Shown here piece by piece: positions 31,801 through 43,275 of a DNA stretch of 64,000 nt; the first letter of the stretch is position 1, and each line of letters begins with the position of its first letter. Made by a program: the position numbers and the translations under genes. This DNA comes from Eledone cirrhosa (taxonomy: Eukaryota): assembly GCA_964016885.1 (NCBI GenBank), contig CAXHJY010000955.1, forward strand, positions 130,056 through 194,055, in the 5' to 3' direction. Below the pieces are notes generated by a model. The model was not told where the DNA came from. It searched no databases and saw nothing but the letters and a program-made list of their open reading frames with translations.

Positions 31801-34800
31801 AATATATTGGTGTAAAGTTGGAATAGAAATATATTGGTGTAAAGTTGGGAATAGGAATATATTGGTGTAAAGTTGGAATAGAAATATATTGGTGTAAAGT
31901 TAAGAATAGAAATATATTGGAGTAAGGTTGAAATAGAAATATATTGGTGTAAAGTGGGAATAGAAATATAATGGTGTAAAGTTGGGAATAGAAATATATT
32001 GGTGTAAAGTTGGGAATAGAAATGTATTGGTGTAAAGTTGGAATAGAAATATATTGGTGTAAAGTTAGGAATAGAAATATATTGGAGTAAGGTTGAAATA
32101 GAAATATATTGGTGTAAAGTTGGAATAGAAATATATTGGTGTAAAGTTGGGAATAGAAATATATTGGTGTAAAGTTGGGAATAGAAATATTTTGGTGTAA
32201 AGTTGGAAATAGAAATATATTGGTGTACAATTGGAATAGAAATATATTGGTGTAAAGTTGGGAATAGAAATATATTGGAATGAGGTTGGAATAGAAATAT
32301 ATTGGTGTAAAGTTAGAATAGAAATATATTGGTGTAAAGTTAGGAATAGAAATGTATTGGTGTAAAGTTGGGAATAGGAATATATTGGTGTAAAGTTGGA
32401 ATAGAAATATATGGTGTAAAGTTGGAATAGAAATACATTGGTGTAAAGTTGAAATAGAAATATATTTGTGTAAATCTGGAATAGAAATATATTGGTGTAA
32501 ATTTGGGAATAGAAATATATTGGTGTAAAGTTGGAATAGAAGTATATTGGTGTAAAGTTGGAATAGAAATATATTGGTGTAAAGTTGGGAATAGAAATAT
32601 ATTGGTGTAAAGTTGGGAATAGAAATATTTTGGTGTAAAGTTGGGAATAGAAATATACTGGTGTAAAGTTGGCGATAGAAATATTATGGTGTAAAGTTGG
32701 GAACAGAAATATATTGGTGTAAAGTTGGAATATAAATATATTGGTGTATAGTTGGGAATAGAAATATATAGGTGTAAAGTTGGAACAGAAATATATTGGT
32801 GTAAAGTTTGAATAGAAATATATTGGTGTAAAGTTGGGAATAGAAATATGTTGGTGTAAAGTTGGAATAGAAATATATGGTGTAAAGTGGGAATAGAAAT
32901 ATATTGGTGTAAAGTTGGAATAGAAATATATTGGTGTAAAGTTGGAATAGAAATATATTGGTGTAAAGTTGAGAATAGAAATATATTGGTGTAAAGTTGG
33001 AATAGAAATATATGGTGTAAAGTTGGAATAGAAATACATTGGTGTAAAGATGGAATAGAAATATATTTGTGTAAATTTGGAATAGAAATATATTGGTGTA
33101 AATTTGGGAATAGAAATATATTGGTGTAAAGTTGGAATAGAAATATATTGGTGTAAAGTTGGGAATAGAAATATATTGGTGTAAAGTTGGGAATAGAAAT
33201 ATATTGGTGTAAAGTTGGAATAGAAATTAATTGGAATAAAGTTGGGAATAGAAATATATTGGTGTAAAGTTGGAATAGAAATATATTGGTGTAAAGTTGG
33301 AATAGAAATATATTGGTGTAAAGTTGGAAATAGAAATATATTGGTGTAAAGTTGGAATAGAAATATATTGGTGTAAATTTGGGTATAGAAATATATTGGT
33401 GTAAAGTTGGAATAGAAATATATGGTGTAAAGTTGGAATAGAAATATATTGGTGTAAAGTTAGAATAGAAATATATTGGTTTAAAATTGGGAATAGAAAT
33501 ATATTGGTGAATAGTTGGGAATAGAAATATATCGGTGGAATGTTGGGAATAGAAATATATTGGTGTAAAGTTGGGTATAGAAATATATTGGTGTAAAGTT
33601 GGAATAGAAATATATTGGTGTAAAGTTGGAATAGAAATATATTGGTGTAAAGTTGGTAATAGGAATATATTGGTGTAAAGTTGGAATAGAAATATATTGG
33701 TGTAAAGTTAGGAATAGAAATATATTGGAGTAAGGTTGAAATAGAAATATATTGGTGTAAAGTTGGAATAGAAATATAATGGTGTAAAGTTGGGAATAGA
33801 AATATATTGGTGTAAAGTTGGGAATAGAAATATATTGGTGTAAAGTTGCAATAGAAATATATTGGTGTAAAGTTAGGAATAGAAATATATTGGAGTAAGG
33901 TTGAAATAGAAATATATTGGTGTAAAGTTGGAATAGAAATATATTGGTGTAAATTTGGAATAGAAATATATTGGTGTAAAGTTGGGAATAGAAACATATT
34001 GGTGTAAAGTTGGAACAGAAATATATTGGTGTAAAGTTTGAATAGAAATATATTGGTGTAAAGTTGGGAATAGAAATATGTTGGTGTAAAGTTGGGAATA
34101 GAAATATATTGGTGTAAAGTTGGCGATAGAAATATTATGGTGTAAAGTTGGGAATAGAAATATATTGGTGTAAAATTGGAATAGAAATATATAGGTGTAA
34201 AGTTGGGAATAGAAATATATTGGAGTAAGGTTGGAATAGAAATATATTGGTGTAAAGTTGGAATAGAAATATATTGGTGTAAAGTTGGAAATAGAAATAT
34301 ATTGGTGTAAAGTTGGGAATAGAAATATAATGGTGTAAAGTTGGAATAGAAATATATTGGTGTAAAGTTGGAATAGAAATATATGGTGTAAAGTTGGAAT
34401 AGAAATACATTGGTGTAAAGATGGAATAGAAATATATTTGTGTAAATTTGGAATAGAAATATATTGGTGTAAATTTGGGAATAGAAATATATTGGTGAAA
34501 AGTTGAAATAGAAATATATTGGTGTAAAGTTGGAATAGAAATATATTGGTCTAAAGTTGGAAATAGAAATATATTGGTGTAAAGTTGGGAATAGAAATAT
34601 ATTGGTGTAAAGTCGGAATAGAAATATATTGGAGTAAGGTTGGAATAGAAATATATTGGTGTAAAGTTGGAATAGAAATATATTGGTGTAAAGTTGGAAA
34701 TAGAAATATATTGGTGTAAATTTGGGAATAGAAATATAATGGTGTAAAGTTGGAATAGAAATATATTGGTGTAAAGTTGGAATAAAAATATATGGTGTAA

Positions 34801-35397
34801 AGTTGGAATAGAAATATATTGGTGTAAAGTTGGGAATAGAAATATATTGGTGTAAAGTTGGAATAGAAATATATAGGTGTAAAGTTGGAATAGAAATATA
34901 ATGGTGTAAAGTTGGGAATAGAAATATATTGGTGCAAAGTTGGGAATAGAAATATATTGGAGTAAAGTTGGGAATAGAAATATATTGGTGTAAAGTTGGG
35001 AATAGAAATATACTGGAGTAAAGTTGGGAATAGAAATATATTGGTGCAAAGTTGGAATAGAAATATATTGGTGTAAAGTTGGGAATAGAAATATATGGTG
35101 TAAAGTTGGAATAGAAATACATTGGTGTAAAGATGGAATAGAAATATATTTGTGTAAATTTGGAATAGAAATATTTTGGTGTAAATTTGGGAATAGAAAT
35201 ATATTGGTGAAAAGTTGGAATAGAAATATATTGGTGTAAAGTTGGGAATAGAAATATATTGGAGTAAAGTTGAAATAGAAATATATTGGTGTAAAGTTGC
35301 GAATAGAAATATATTGGTGTAAAGTTGGGAATAGAAATATATTGGTGTAAAGTTGGAATAGAAATATATTGGTGTAAAGTTGGAATAGAAATATAAT

Positions 35398-35569
35398 TGT
35401 TTCTACTTTAGGCACAAGGCCAGCAATTACCAGTGCATTACTGGTACTTTATTTTATCGACCCCGTAAGGATGAAAGGCAAAGTCAACCTCGGCGGGATT
35501 TGAACTCAGATGGTAAAGGGACGTAACTATGCTGGAAAGCATGGCGTCCGACCCTCTACCGATACTGCC
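35398..35569 (-). mobile_element. tRNA-derived SINE, copy 1 (172 bp), octopus-SINE-like, probably 5'-trimmed
   Basis: Non-satellite sequence flanked by the direct repeat AATATAAT (35390-35397, 35570-35577). The minus strand reads (T)GGCAGTATCGG [A box] ... GAGTTCAAATCC [B box] ... GAGGTTGACTTTGCCTTTCATCCTTACGGGGTCGATAAAATAAAGTACCAG ... GGCCTTGTGCCTAAAGTAGAAACA. No terminal inverted repeats and no coding capacity. The family resemblance is recalled, not searched. Confidence 0.88.
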
Positions 35570-35570
35570 A
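35496..35570 (-). promoter_or_regulatory. Putative type-2 RNA Pol III internal promoter (A box 35559-35570, B box 35496-35507)
   Basis: Minus-strand TGGCAGTATCGG loosely fits the TRGCNNARYNNG A box. GAGTTCAAATCC fits the GTTCRANNC B box. The boxes are 51 nt apart. Activity is unknown. Confidence 0.65.
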
Positions 35571-37179
35571 ATATAATGGTGTAAAGTTGGGAATAGAAAT
35601 ATATTGGTGCAAAGTTGGGAATAGAAATATATTGGAGTAAAGTTGGGAATAGAAATATATTTGTGTAAAGTTGGGAATAGAAATATACTGGAGTAAAGTT
35701 GGGAATAGAAATATATTGGTGCAAAGTTGGAATAGAAATATATTGGTGTAAAGTTGGCGATAGAAATATTATGGTGTAAAGTTGGGAATAGAAATATATT
35801 GGTGTAAAGTTGGGAACAGAAATATATTGGTGTAAATTTGGAATAGAAATATATTGGTGTAAAGTTGGGAATAGAAACATATTGGTGTAAAGTTGGAATA
35901 GAAATATATTGGTGTAAATTTGGGAATAGAAATATATTGGTGTAAAGTTGGGAATAGAAATATGTTGGTGTAAAGTTGGAATAGAAATATATTGGTGTAA
36001 AGTTGAGAATAGAAATATATTGGTGTAAAGTCGGAATAGAAATATATTGGTGTAAAGTTGGAATAGAAATATATTGGTCTAAAGTTGGAAATAGAAATAT
36101 ATTGGTGTAAAGTTGGGAATAGAAATATATTGGTGTAAAGTTGGGAATAGAAATATATTGGTGTAAAATTGGAATAGAAATATATAGGTGTAAAGTTGGG
36201 AATAGAAATATATTGGAGTAAGGTTGGAATAGAAATATATTGGTGTAAAGTTGGAATAGAAATATATTGGTGTAAAGTTGGAAATAGAAATATAGTGGTG
36301 TAAAGTTGGGAATAGAAATATAATGGTGTAAAGTTGGAATAGAAATATATTGGTGTAAAGTTGGAATAGAAATATATGGTGTAAAGTTGGAATAGAAATA
36401 CATTGGTGTAAAGATGGAATAGAAATATATTTGTGTAAATTTGGAATAGAAATATATTGGTGTAAAGTTGGAATAGAAATATATTGGTGTAAATTTGGGA
36501 ATAGAAATATATTGGTGAAAAGTTGGAATAGAAATATATTGGTGTAAAGTTGGGAATAGAAATATATTGGAGTAAGCTTGAAATAGAAATATATTGGTGT
36601 AAAGTTGGGAATAGAAATATATTGGTGTAAAGTTGGGAATAGAAATATATTGGTGTAAAGTTGGAATAGAAATATATTGGTGTAAAGTTGGAATAGAAAT
36701 ATAATGGTGTAAAGTTGGGAATAGAAATATATTGGTGCAAAGTTGGAATAGAAATATATTGGTGTAAAGTTGGGAATAGAAATATATCGGTGTAAAGTTG
36801 GGAATAGAAATATATTGGTGCAAAGTTGAAATAGAAATATATTGGTGTAAAGTTGGAATAGAAATATATTGGTGTAAAGTTGGAATAGAAATATATTGGT
36901 GTAAAGTTGGGAATAGAAATATATTGGTGTAAAGATGGAATAGAAATATATTGGTGTAAATTTGGGAATAGAAATATATTGGAGTAAGGTTGGAATATAA
37001 ATATATTGGTGTAATGTTGGAATAGAAATATATTGGTGTAAAGTTGGAAATAGAAATATATTGGTGTGAAGTTGGGAATAGAAATATAATGGTGTAAAGT
37101 TGGAATAGAAATACGTTGGTGTAAAGATGGAATAGAAATATATTTGTGTAAATTTGGAATAGAAATATATTGGTGTAAA

Positions 37180-40100
37180 TTTGGGAATAGAAATATATTG
37201 GTGTAAAGTTGGAATAGAAATATATTGGTGTAAAGTTGGGAATAGAAATATATTGGAGTAAGGTTGAAATAGAAATATATTGGTGTAAAGTTGGGAATAG
37301 AAATATATTGGTGTAAAGTTGGGAATAGAAATATATTGGTGTAAAGTTGGAATAGAAATATATTGGTGTAAAGTTGGAATAGAAATATAATGGTGTAAAG
37401 TTGGGAATAGAAATATATTGGTGCAAAGTTGGGAATAGAAATATATTGGAGTAAAGTTGGGAATAGAAATATATTGGTGTAAAGTTGGGAATAGAAATAT
37501 ACTGGAGTAAAGTTGGGAATAGAAATATATTGGTGCAAAGTTGGAATAGAAATATATTGGTGTAAAGTTGGGAATAGAAATATATTGGTGTAAAGTTGGG
37601 AATAGAAATATATTGGTGCAAAGTTGGAGTAGAAATATATTGGTGTAAAGTTGGAATAGAAATATATGGTGTAAAGTTGGAATAGAAATACATTGGTGTA
37701 AAGATGGAATAGAAATATATTTGTGTAAATTTGGAATAGAAATATATTGGTGTAAATTTGGGAATAGAAATATATTGGTGTAAAGTTGGAATAGAAATAT
37801 ATTGGTGTAAAGTTGGGAATAGAAATATATTGGTGTAAAGTTGGGAATAGAAATATATTGGTGTAAAGTTGGAATAGAAATTAATTGGAATAAAGTTGGG
37901 AATAGAAATATATTGGTGTAAAGTTGGAATAGAAATATATTGGTGTAAAGTTGGAATAGAAATATATTGGTGTAAAGTTGGAAATAGAAATATATTGGTG
38001 TAAAGTTGGAATAGAAATATATTGGTGTAAATTTGGGTATAGAAATATATTGGTGTAAAGTTGGAATAGAAATATATGGTGTAAAGTTGGAATAGAAATA
38101 TATTGGTGTAAAGTTAGAATAGAAATATATTGGTTTAAAATTGGGAATAGAAATATATTGGTGAATAGTTGGGAATAGAAATATATCGGTGGAATGTTGG
38201 GAATAGAAATATATTGGTGTAAAGTTGGGTATAGAAATATATTGGTGTAAAGTTGGAATAGAAATATATTGGTGTAAAGTTGGAATAGAAATATATTGGT
38301 GTAAAGTTGGTAATAGGAATATATTGGTGTAAAGTTGGAATAGAAATATATTGGTGTAAAGTTAGGAATAGAAATATATTGGAGTAAGGTTGAAATAGAA
38401 ATATATTGGTGTAAAGTTGGAATAGAAATATAATGGTGTAAAGTTGGGAATAGAAATATATTGGTGTAAAGTTGGGAATAGAAATATATTGGTGTAAAGT
38501 TGGAATAGAAATATATTGGTGTAAAGTTAGGAATAGAAATATATTGGAGTAAGGTTGAAATAGAAATATATTGGTGTAAAGTTGGAATAGAAATATATTG
38601 GTGTAAATTTGGAATAGAAATATATTGGTGTAAAGTTGGGAATAGAAATATATTGGTGTAAAGTTGGGAATAGAAATATATTGGTGTAAAGTTGGGAATA
38701 GAAATATTTTGGTGTAAAGTTGGGAATAGAAATATACTGGTGTAAAGTTGGCGATAGAAATATTATGGTGTAAAGTTGGGAATAGAAATATATTGGTGTA
38801 AAATTGGAATAGAAATATATAGGTGTAAAGTTGGGAATAGAAATATATTGGAGTAAGGTTGGAATAGAAATATATTGGTGTAAAGTTGGAATAGAAATAT
38901 ATTGGTGTAAAGTTGGAAATAGAAATATATTGGTGTAAAGTTGGGAATAGAAATATAATGGTGTAAAGTTGGAATAGAAATATATTGGTGTAAAGTTGGA
39001 ATAGAAATATATGGTGTAAAGTTGGAATAGAAATACATTGGTGTAAAGATGGAATAGAAATATATTTGTGTAAATTTGGAATAGAAATATATTGGTGTAA
39101 AGTTGGAATAGAAATATATTGGTGTAAAGTTGGGAATAGAAATATATTGGAGTAAGGTTGAAATAGAAATATATTGGTGTAAAGTTGGGAATAGAAATAT
39201 ATTGGTGTAAAGTTGGGAATAGAAATATATTGGTGTAAAGTTGGAATAGAAATATATTGGTGTAAAGTTGGAATAGAAATATAATGGTGTAAAGTTGGGA
39301 ATAGAAATATATTGGTGCAAAGTTGGGAATAGAAATATATTGGAGTAAAGTTGGGAATAGAAATATATTGGTGTAAAGTTGGGAATAGAAATATACTGGA
39401 GTAAAGTTGGGAATAGAAATATATTGGTGCAAAGTTGGAATAGAAATATATTGGTGTAAAGTTGGGAATAGAAATATATTGGTGTAAAGTTGGGAATAGA
39501 AATATATTGGTGCAAAGTTGGAATAGAAATATATTGGTGTAAAGTTGGAATAGAAATATATGGTGTAAAGTTGGAATAGAAATACATTGGTGTAAAGATG
39601 GAATAGAAATATATTTGTGTAAATTTGGAATAGAAATATATTGGTGTAAATTTGGGAATAGAAATATATTGGTGTAAAGTTGGAATAGAAATATATTGGT
39701 GTAAAGTTGGGAATAGAAATATATTGGTGTAAAGTTGGGAATAGAAATATATTGGTGTAAAGTTGGAATAGAAATTAATTGGAATAAAGTTGGGAATAGA
39801 AATATATTGGTGTAAAGTTGGAATAGAAATATATTGGTGTAAAGTTGGAATAGAAATATATTGGTGTAAAGTTGGAAATAGAAATATATTGGTGTAAAGT
39901 TGGAATAGAAATATATTGGTGTAAATTTGGGTATAGAAATATATTGGTGTAAAGTTGGAATAGAAATATATGGTGTAAAGTTGGAATAGAAATATATTGG
40001 TGTAAAGTTAGAATAGAAATATATTGGTTTAAAATTGGGAATAGAAATATATTGGTGAATAGTTGGGAATAGAAATATATCGGTGGAATGTTGGGAATAG

Positions 40101-40700
40101 AAATATATTGGTGTAAAGTTGGGTATAGAAATATATTGGTGTAAAGTTGGAATAGAAATATATTGGTGTAAAGTTGGAATAGAAATATATTGGTGTAAAG
40201 TTGGTAATAGGAATATATTGGTGTAAAGTTGGAATAGAAATATATTGGTGTAAAGTTAGGAATAGAAATATATTGGAGTAAGGTTGAAATAGAAATATAT
40301 TGGTGTAAAGTTGGAATAGAAATATAATGGTGTAAAGTTGGGAATAGAAATATATTGGTGTAAAGTTGGGAATAGAAATATATTGGTGTAAAGTTGGAAT
40401 AGAAATATATTGGTGTAAAGTTAGGAATAGAAATATATAGGAGTAAGGTTGAAATAGAAATATATTGGTGTAAAGTTGGAATAGAAATATATTGGTGTAA
40501 ATTTGGAATAGAAATATATTGGTGTAAAGTTGGGAATAGAAATATATTGGTGTAAAGTTGGGAATAGAAATATTTTGGTGTAAAGTTGGGAATAGAAATA
40601 TACTGGTGTAAAGTTGGCGATAGAAATATTATGGTGTAAAGTTGGGAATAGAAATATATTGGTGTAAAATTGGAATAGAAATATATAGGTGTAAAGTTGG
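37180..40700 (+). repeat. Tandem duplication of a ~1894-bp unit; ends approximate
   Basis: ORF starts 37693/39587 and 37538/39432 differ by 1894; TTAATTGG at about 37881 and 39775; GTTGGTAATAGG at about 38310 and 40204. Confidence 0.8.
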
Positions 40701-43102
40701 GAATAGAAATATATTGGTGTAAAGTTGGGAATAGAAATATATTGGTGTAAAGTTGGAATAGAAATATATTGGTGTAAAGTTAGGAATAGAAATATATTGG
40801 AGTAAGGTTGAAATAGAAATATATTGGTGTAAAGTTGGAATAGAAATATATTGGTGTAAATTTGGAATAGAAATATATTGGTGTAAAGTTGGGAATAGAA
40901 ATATATTGGTGTAAAGTTGGGAATAGAAATATTTTGGTGTAAAGTTGGGAATAGAAATATACTGGTGTAAAGTTGGCGATAGAAATATTATGGTGTAAAG
41001 TTGGGAATAGAAATATATTGGTGTAAAGTTAGAATAGAAATATATTGGTTTAAAATTGGAATAGAAATATATTGGTGTAAAGTTGGAATAGAAATATATT
41101 GGTGTAAAGTTGGAAATAGAAATATATTGGTGTAAAGTTGGAATAGAAATATATTGGTGTAAATTTGGGTATAGAAATATATTGGTGTAAAGTTGGAATA
41201 GAAATATATGGTGTAAAGTTGGAATAGAAATATATTGGTGTAAAGTTAGAATAGAAATATATTGGTTTAAAATTGGGAATAGAAATATATTGGTGAATAG
41301 TTGGGAATAGAAATATATCGGTGGAATGTTGGGAATAGAAATATATTGGTGTAAAGTTGGGTATAGAAATATATTGGTGTAAAGTTGGAATAGAAATATA
41401 TTGGTGTAAAGTTGGAATAGAAATATATTGGTGTAAAGTTGGTAATAGGAATATATTGGTGTAAAGTTGGAATAGAAATATATTGGTGTAAAGTTAGGAA
41501 TAGAAATATATTGGAGTAAGGTTGAAATAGAAATATATTGGTGTAAAGTTGGAATAGAAATATAATGGTGTAAAGTTGGGAATAGAAATATATTGGTGTA
41601 AAGTTGGGAATAGAAATATATTGGTGTAAAGTTGGAATAGAAATATATTGGTGTAAAGTTAGGAATAGAAATATATTGGAGTAAGGTTGAAATAGAAATA
41701 TATTGGTGTAAAGTTGGAATAGAAATATATTGGTGTAAATTTGGAATAGAAATATATTGGTGTAAAGTTGGGAATAGAAATATATTGGTGTAAAGTTGGG
41801 AATAGAAATATATTGGTGTAAAGTTGGGAATAGAAATATTTTGGTGTAAAGTTGGGAATAGAAATATACTGGTGTAAAGTTGGCGATAGAAATATTATGG
41901 TGTAAAGTTGGGAATAGAAATATATTGGTGTAAAATTGGAATAGAAATATATAGGTGTAAAGTTGGGAATAGAAATATATTGGAGTAAGGTTGGAATAGA
42001 AATATATTGGTGTAAAGTTGGAATAGAAATATATTGGTGTAAAGTTGGAAATAGAAATATATTGGTGTAAAGTTGGGAATAGAAATATAATGGTGTAAAG
42101 TTGGAATAGAAATATATTGGTGTAAAGTTGGAATAGAAATATATGGTGTAAAGTTGGAATAGAAATACATTGGTGTAAAGATGGAATAGAAATATATTTG
42201 TGTAAATTTGGAATAGAAATATATTGGTGTAAATTTGGGAATAGAAATATATTGGTGAAAAGTTGAAATAGAAATATATTGGTGTAAAGTTGGAATAGAA
42301 ATATATTGGTCTAAAGTTGGAAATAGAAATATATTGGTGTAAAGTTGGGAATAGAAATATATTGGTGTAAAGTCGGAATAGAAATATATTGGAGTAAGGT
42401 TGGAATAGAAATATATTGGTGTAAAGTTGGGAATAGAAATATAATGGTGTAAAGTTGGAATAGAAATATATTGGTGTAAAGTTGGAATAAAAATATATGG
42501 TGTAAAGTTGGAATAGAAATATATTGGTGTAAAGTTGGGAATAGAAATATATTGGTGTAAAGTTGGAATAGAAATATATAGGTGTAAAGTTGGAATAGAA
42601 ATATAATGGTGTAAAGTTGGGAATAGAAATATATTGGTGCAAAGTTGGGAATAGAAATATATTGGAGTAAAGTTGGGAATAGAAATATATTGGTGTAAAG
42701 TTGGGAATAGAAATATACTGGAGTAAAGTTGGGAATAGAAATATATTGGTGCAAAGTTGGAATAGAAATATATTGGTGTAAAGTTGGGAATAGAAATATA
42801 TGGTGTAAAGTTGGAATAGAAATACATTGGTGTAAAGATGGAATAGAAATATATTTGTGTAAATTTGGAATAGAAATATATTGGTGTAAATTTGGGAATA
42901 GAAATATATTGGTGAAAAGTTGGAATAGAAATATATTGGTGGAAAGTTGGGAATAGAAATATATTGGAGTAAGGTTGAAATAGAAATATATTGGTGTAAA
43001 GTTGCGAATAGAAATATATTGGTGTAAAGTTGGGAATAGAAATATATTGGTGTAAAGTTGGAATAGAAATATATTGGTGTAAAGTTGGAATAGAAATATA
43101 AT

Positions 43103-43274
43103 TGTTTCTACTTTAGGCACAAGGCCAGCAATTACCAGTGCATTACTGGTACTTTATTTTATCGACCCCGTAAGGATGAAAGGCAAAGTCAACCTCGGCG
43201 GGATTTGAACTCAGATGGTAAAGGGACGTAACTATGCTGGAAAGCATGGCGTCCGACCCTCTACCGATACTGCC
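43103..43274 (-). mobile_element. tRNA-derived SINE, copy 2 (identical to copy 1)
   Basis: Same 172 bp, same AATATAAT duplication (43095-43102, 43275-43282) and same flanking variant monomers; 7705 bp from copy 1. Confidence 0.88.
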
Positions 43275-43275
43275 A
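43201..43275 (-). promoter_or_regulatory. Putative Pol III A/B boxes of SINE copy 2
   Basis: Same motifs as copy 1 (B 43201-43212, A 43264-43275). Confidence 0.65.

Noticed and set aside
35398-35569. MITE or hAT-type DNA transposon suggested by the 8-bp TSD
   Set aside because: The ends (TGTTTCTAC… and …GATACTGCC) are not inverted repeats, and the Pol III boxes favour a SINE.
35490-35570. tRNA gene
   Set aside because: A and B boxes are present, but I could not fold an acceptor stem or cloverleaf. The sequence continues into a SINE body and is bounded by a TSD.
35438-37693. ORFs with unique-looking termini (…SSNPAEVDFAFHPYGVDKIKYQ, MPKVET…, …AVSVEGRTPCFPA)
   Set aside because: They are chance translations through the SINE fused to satellite frames.
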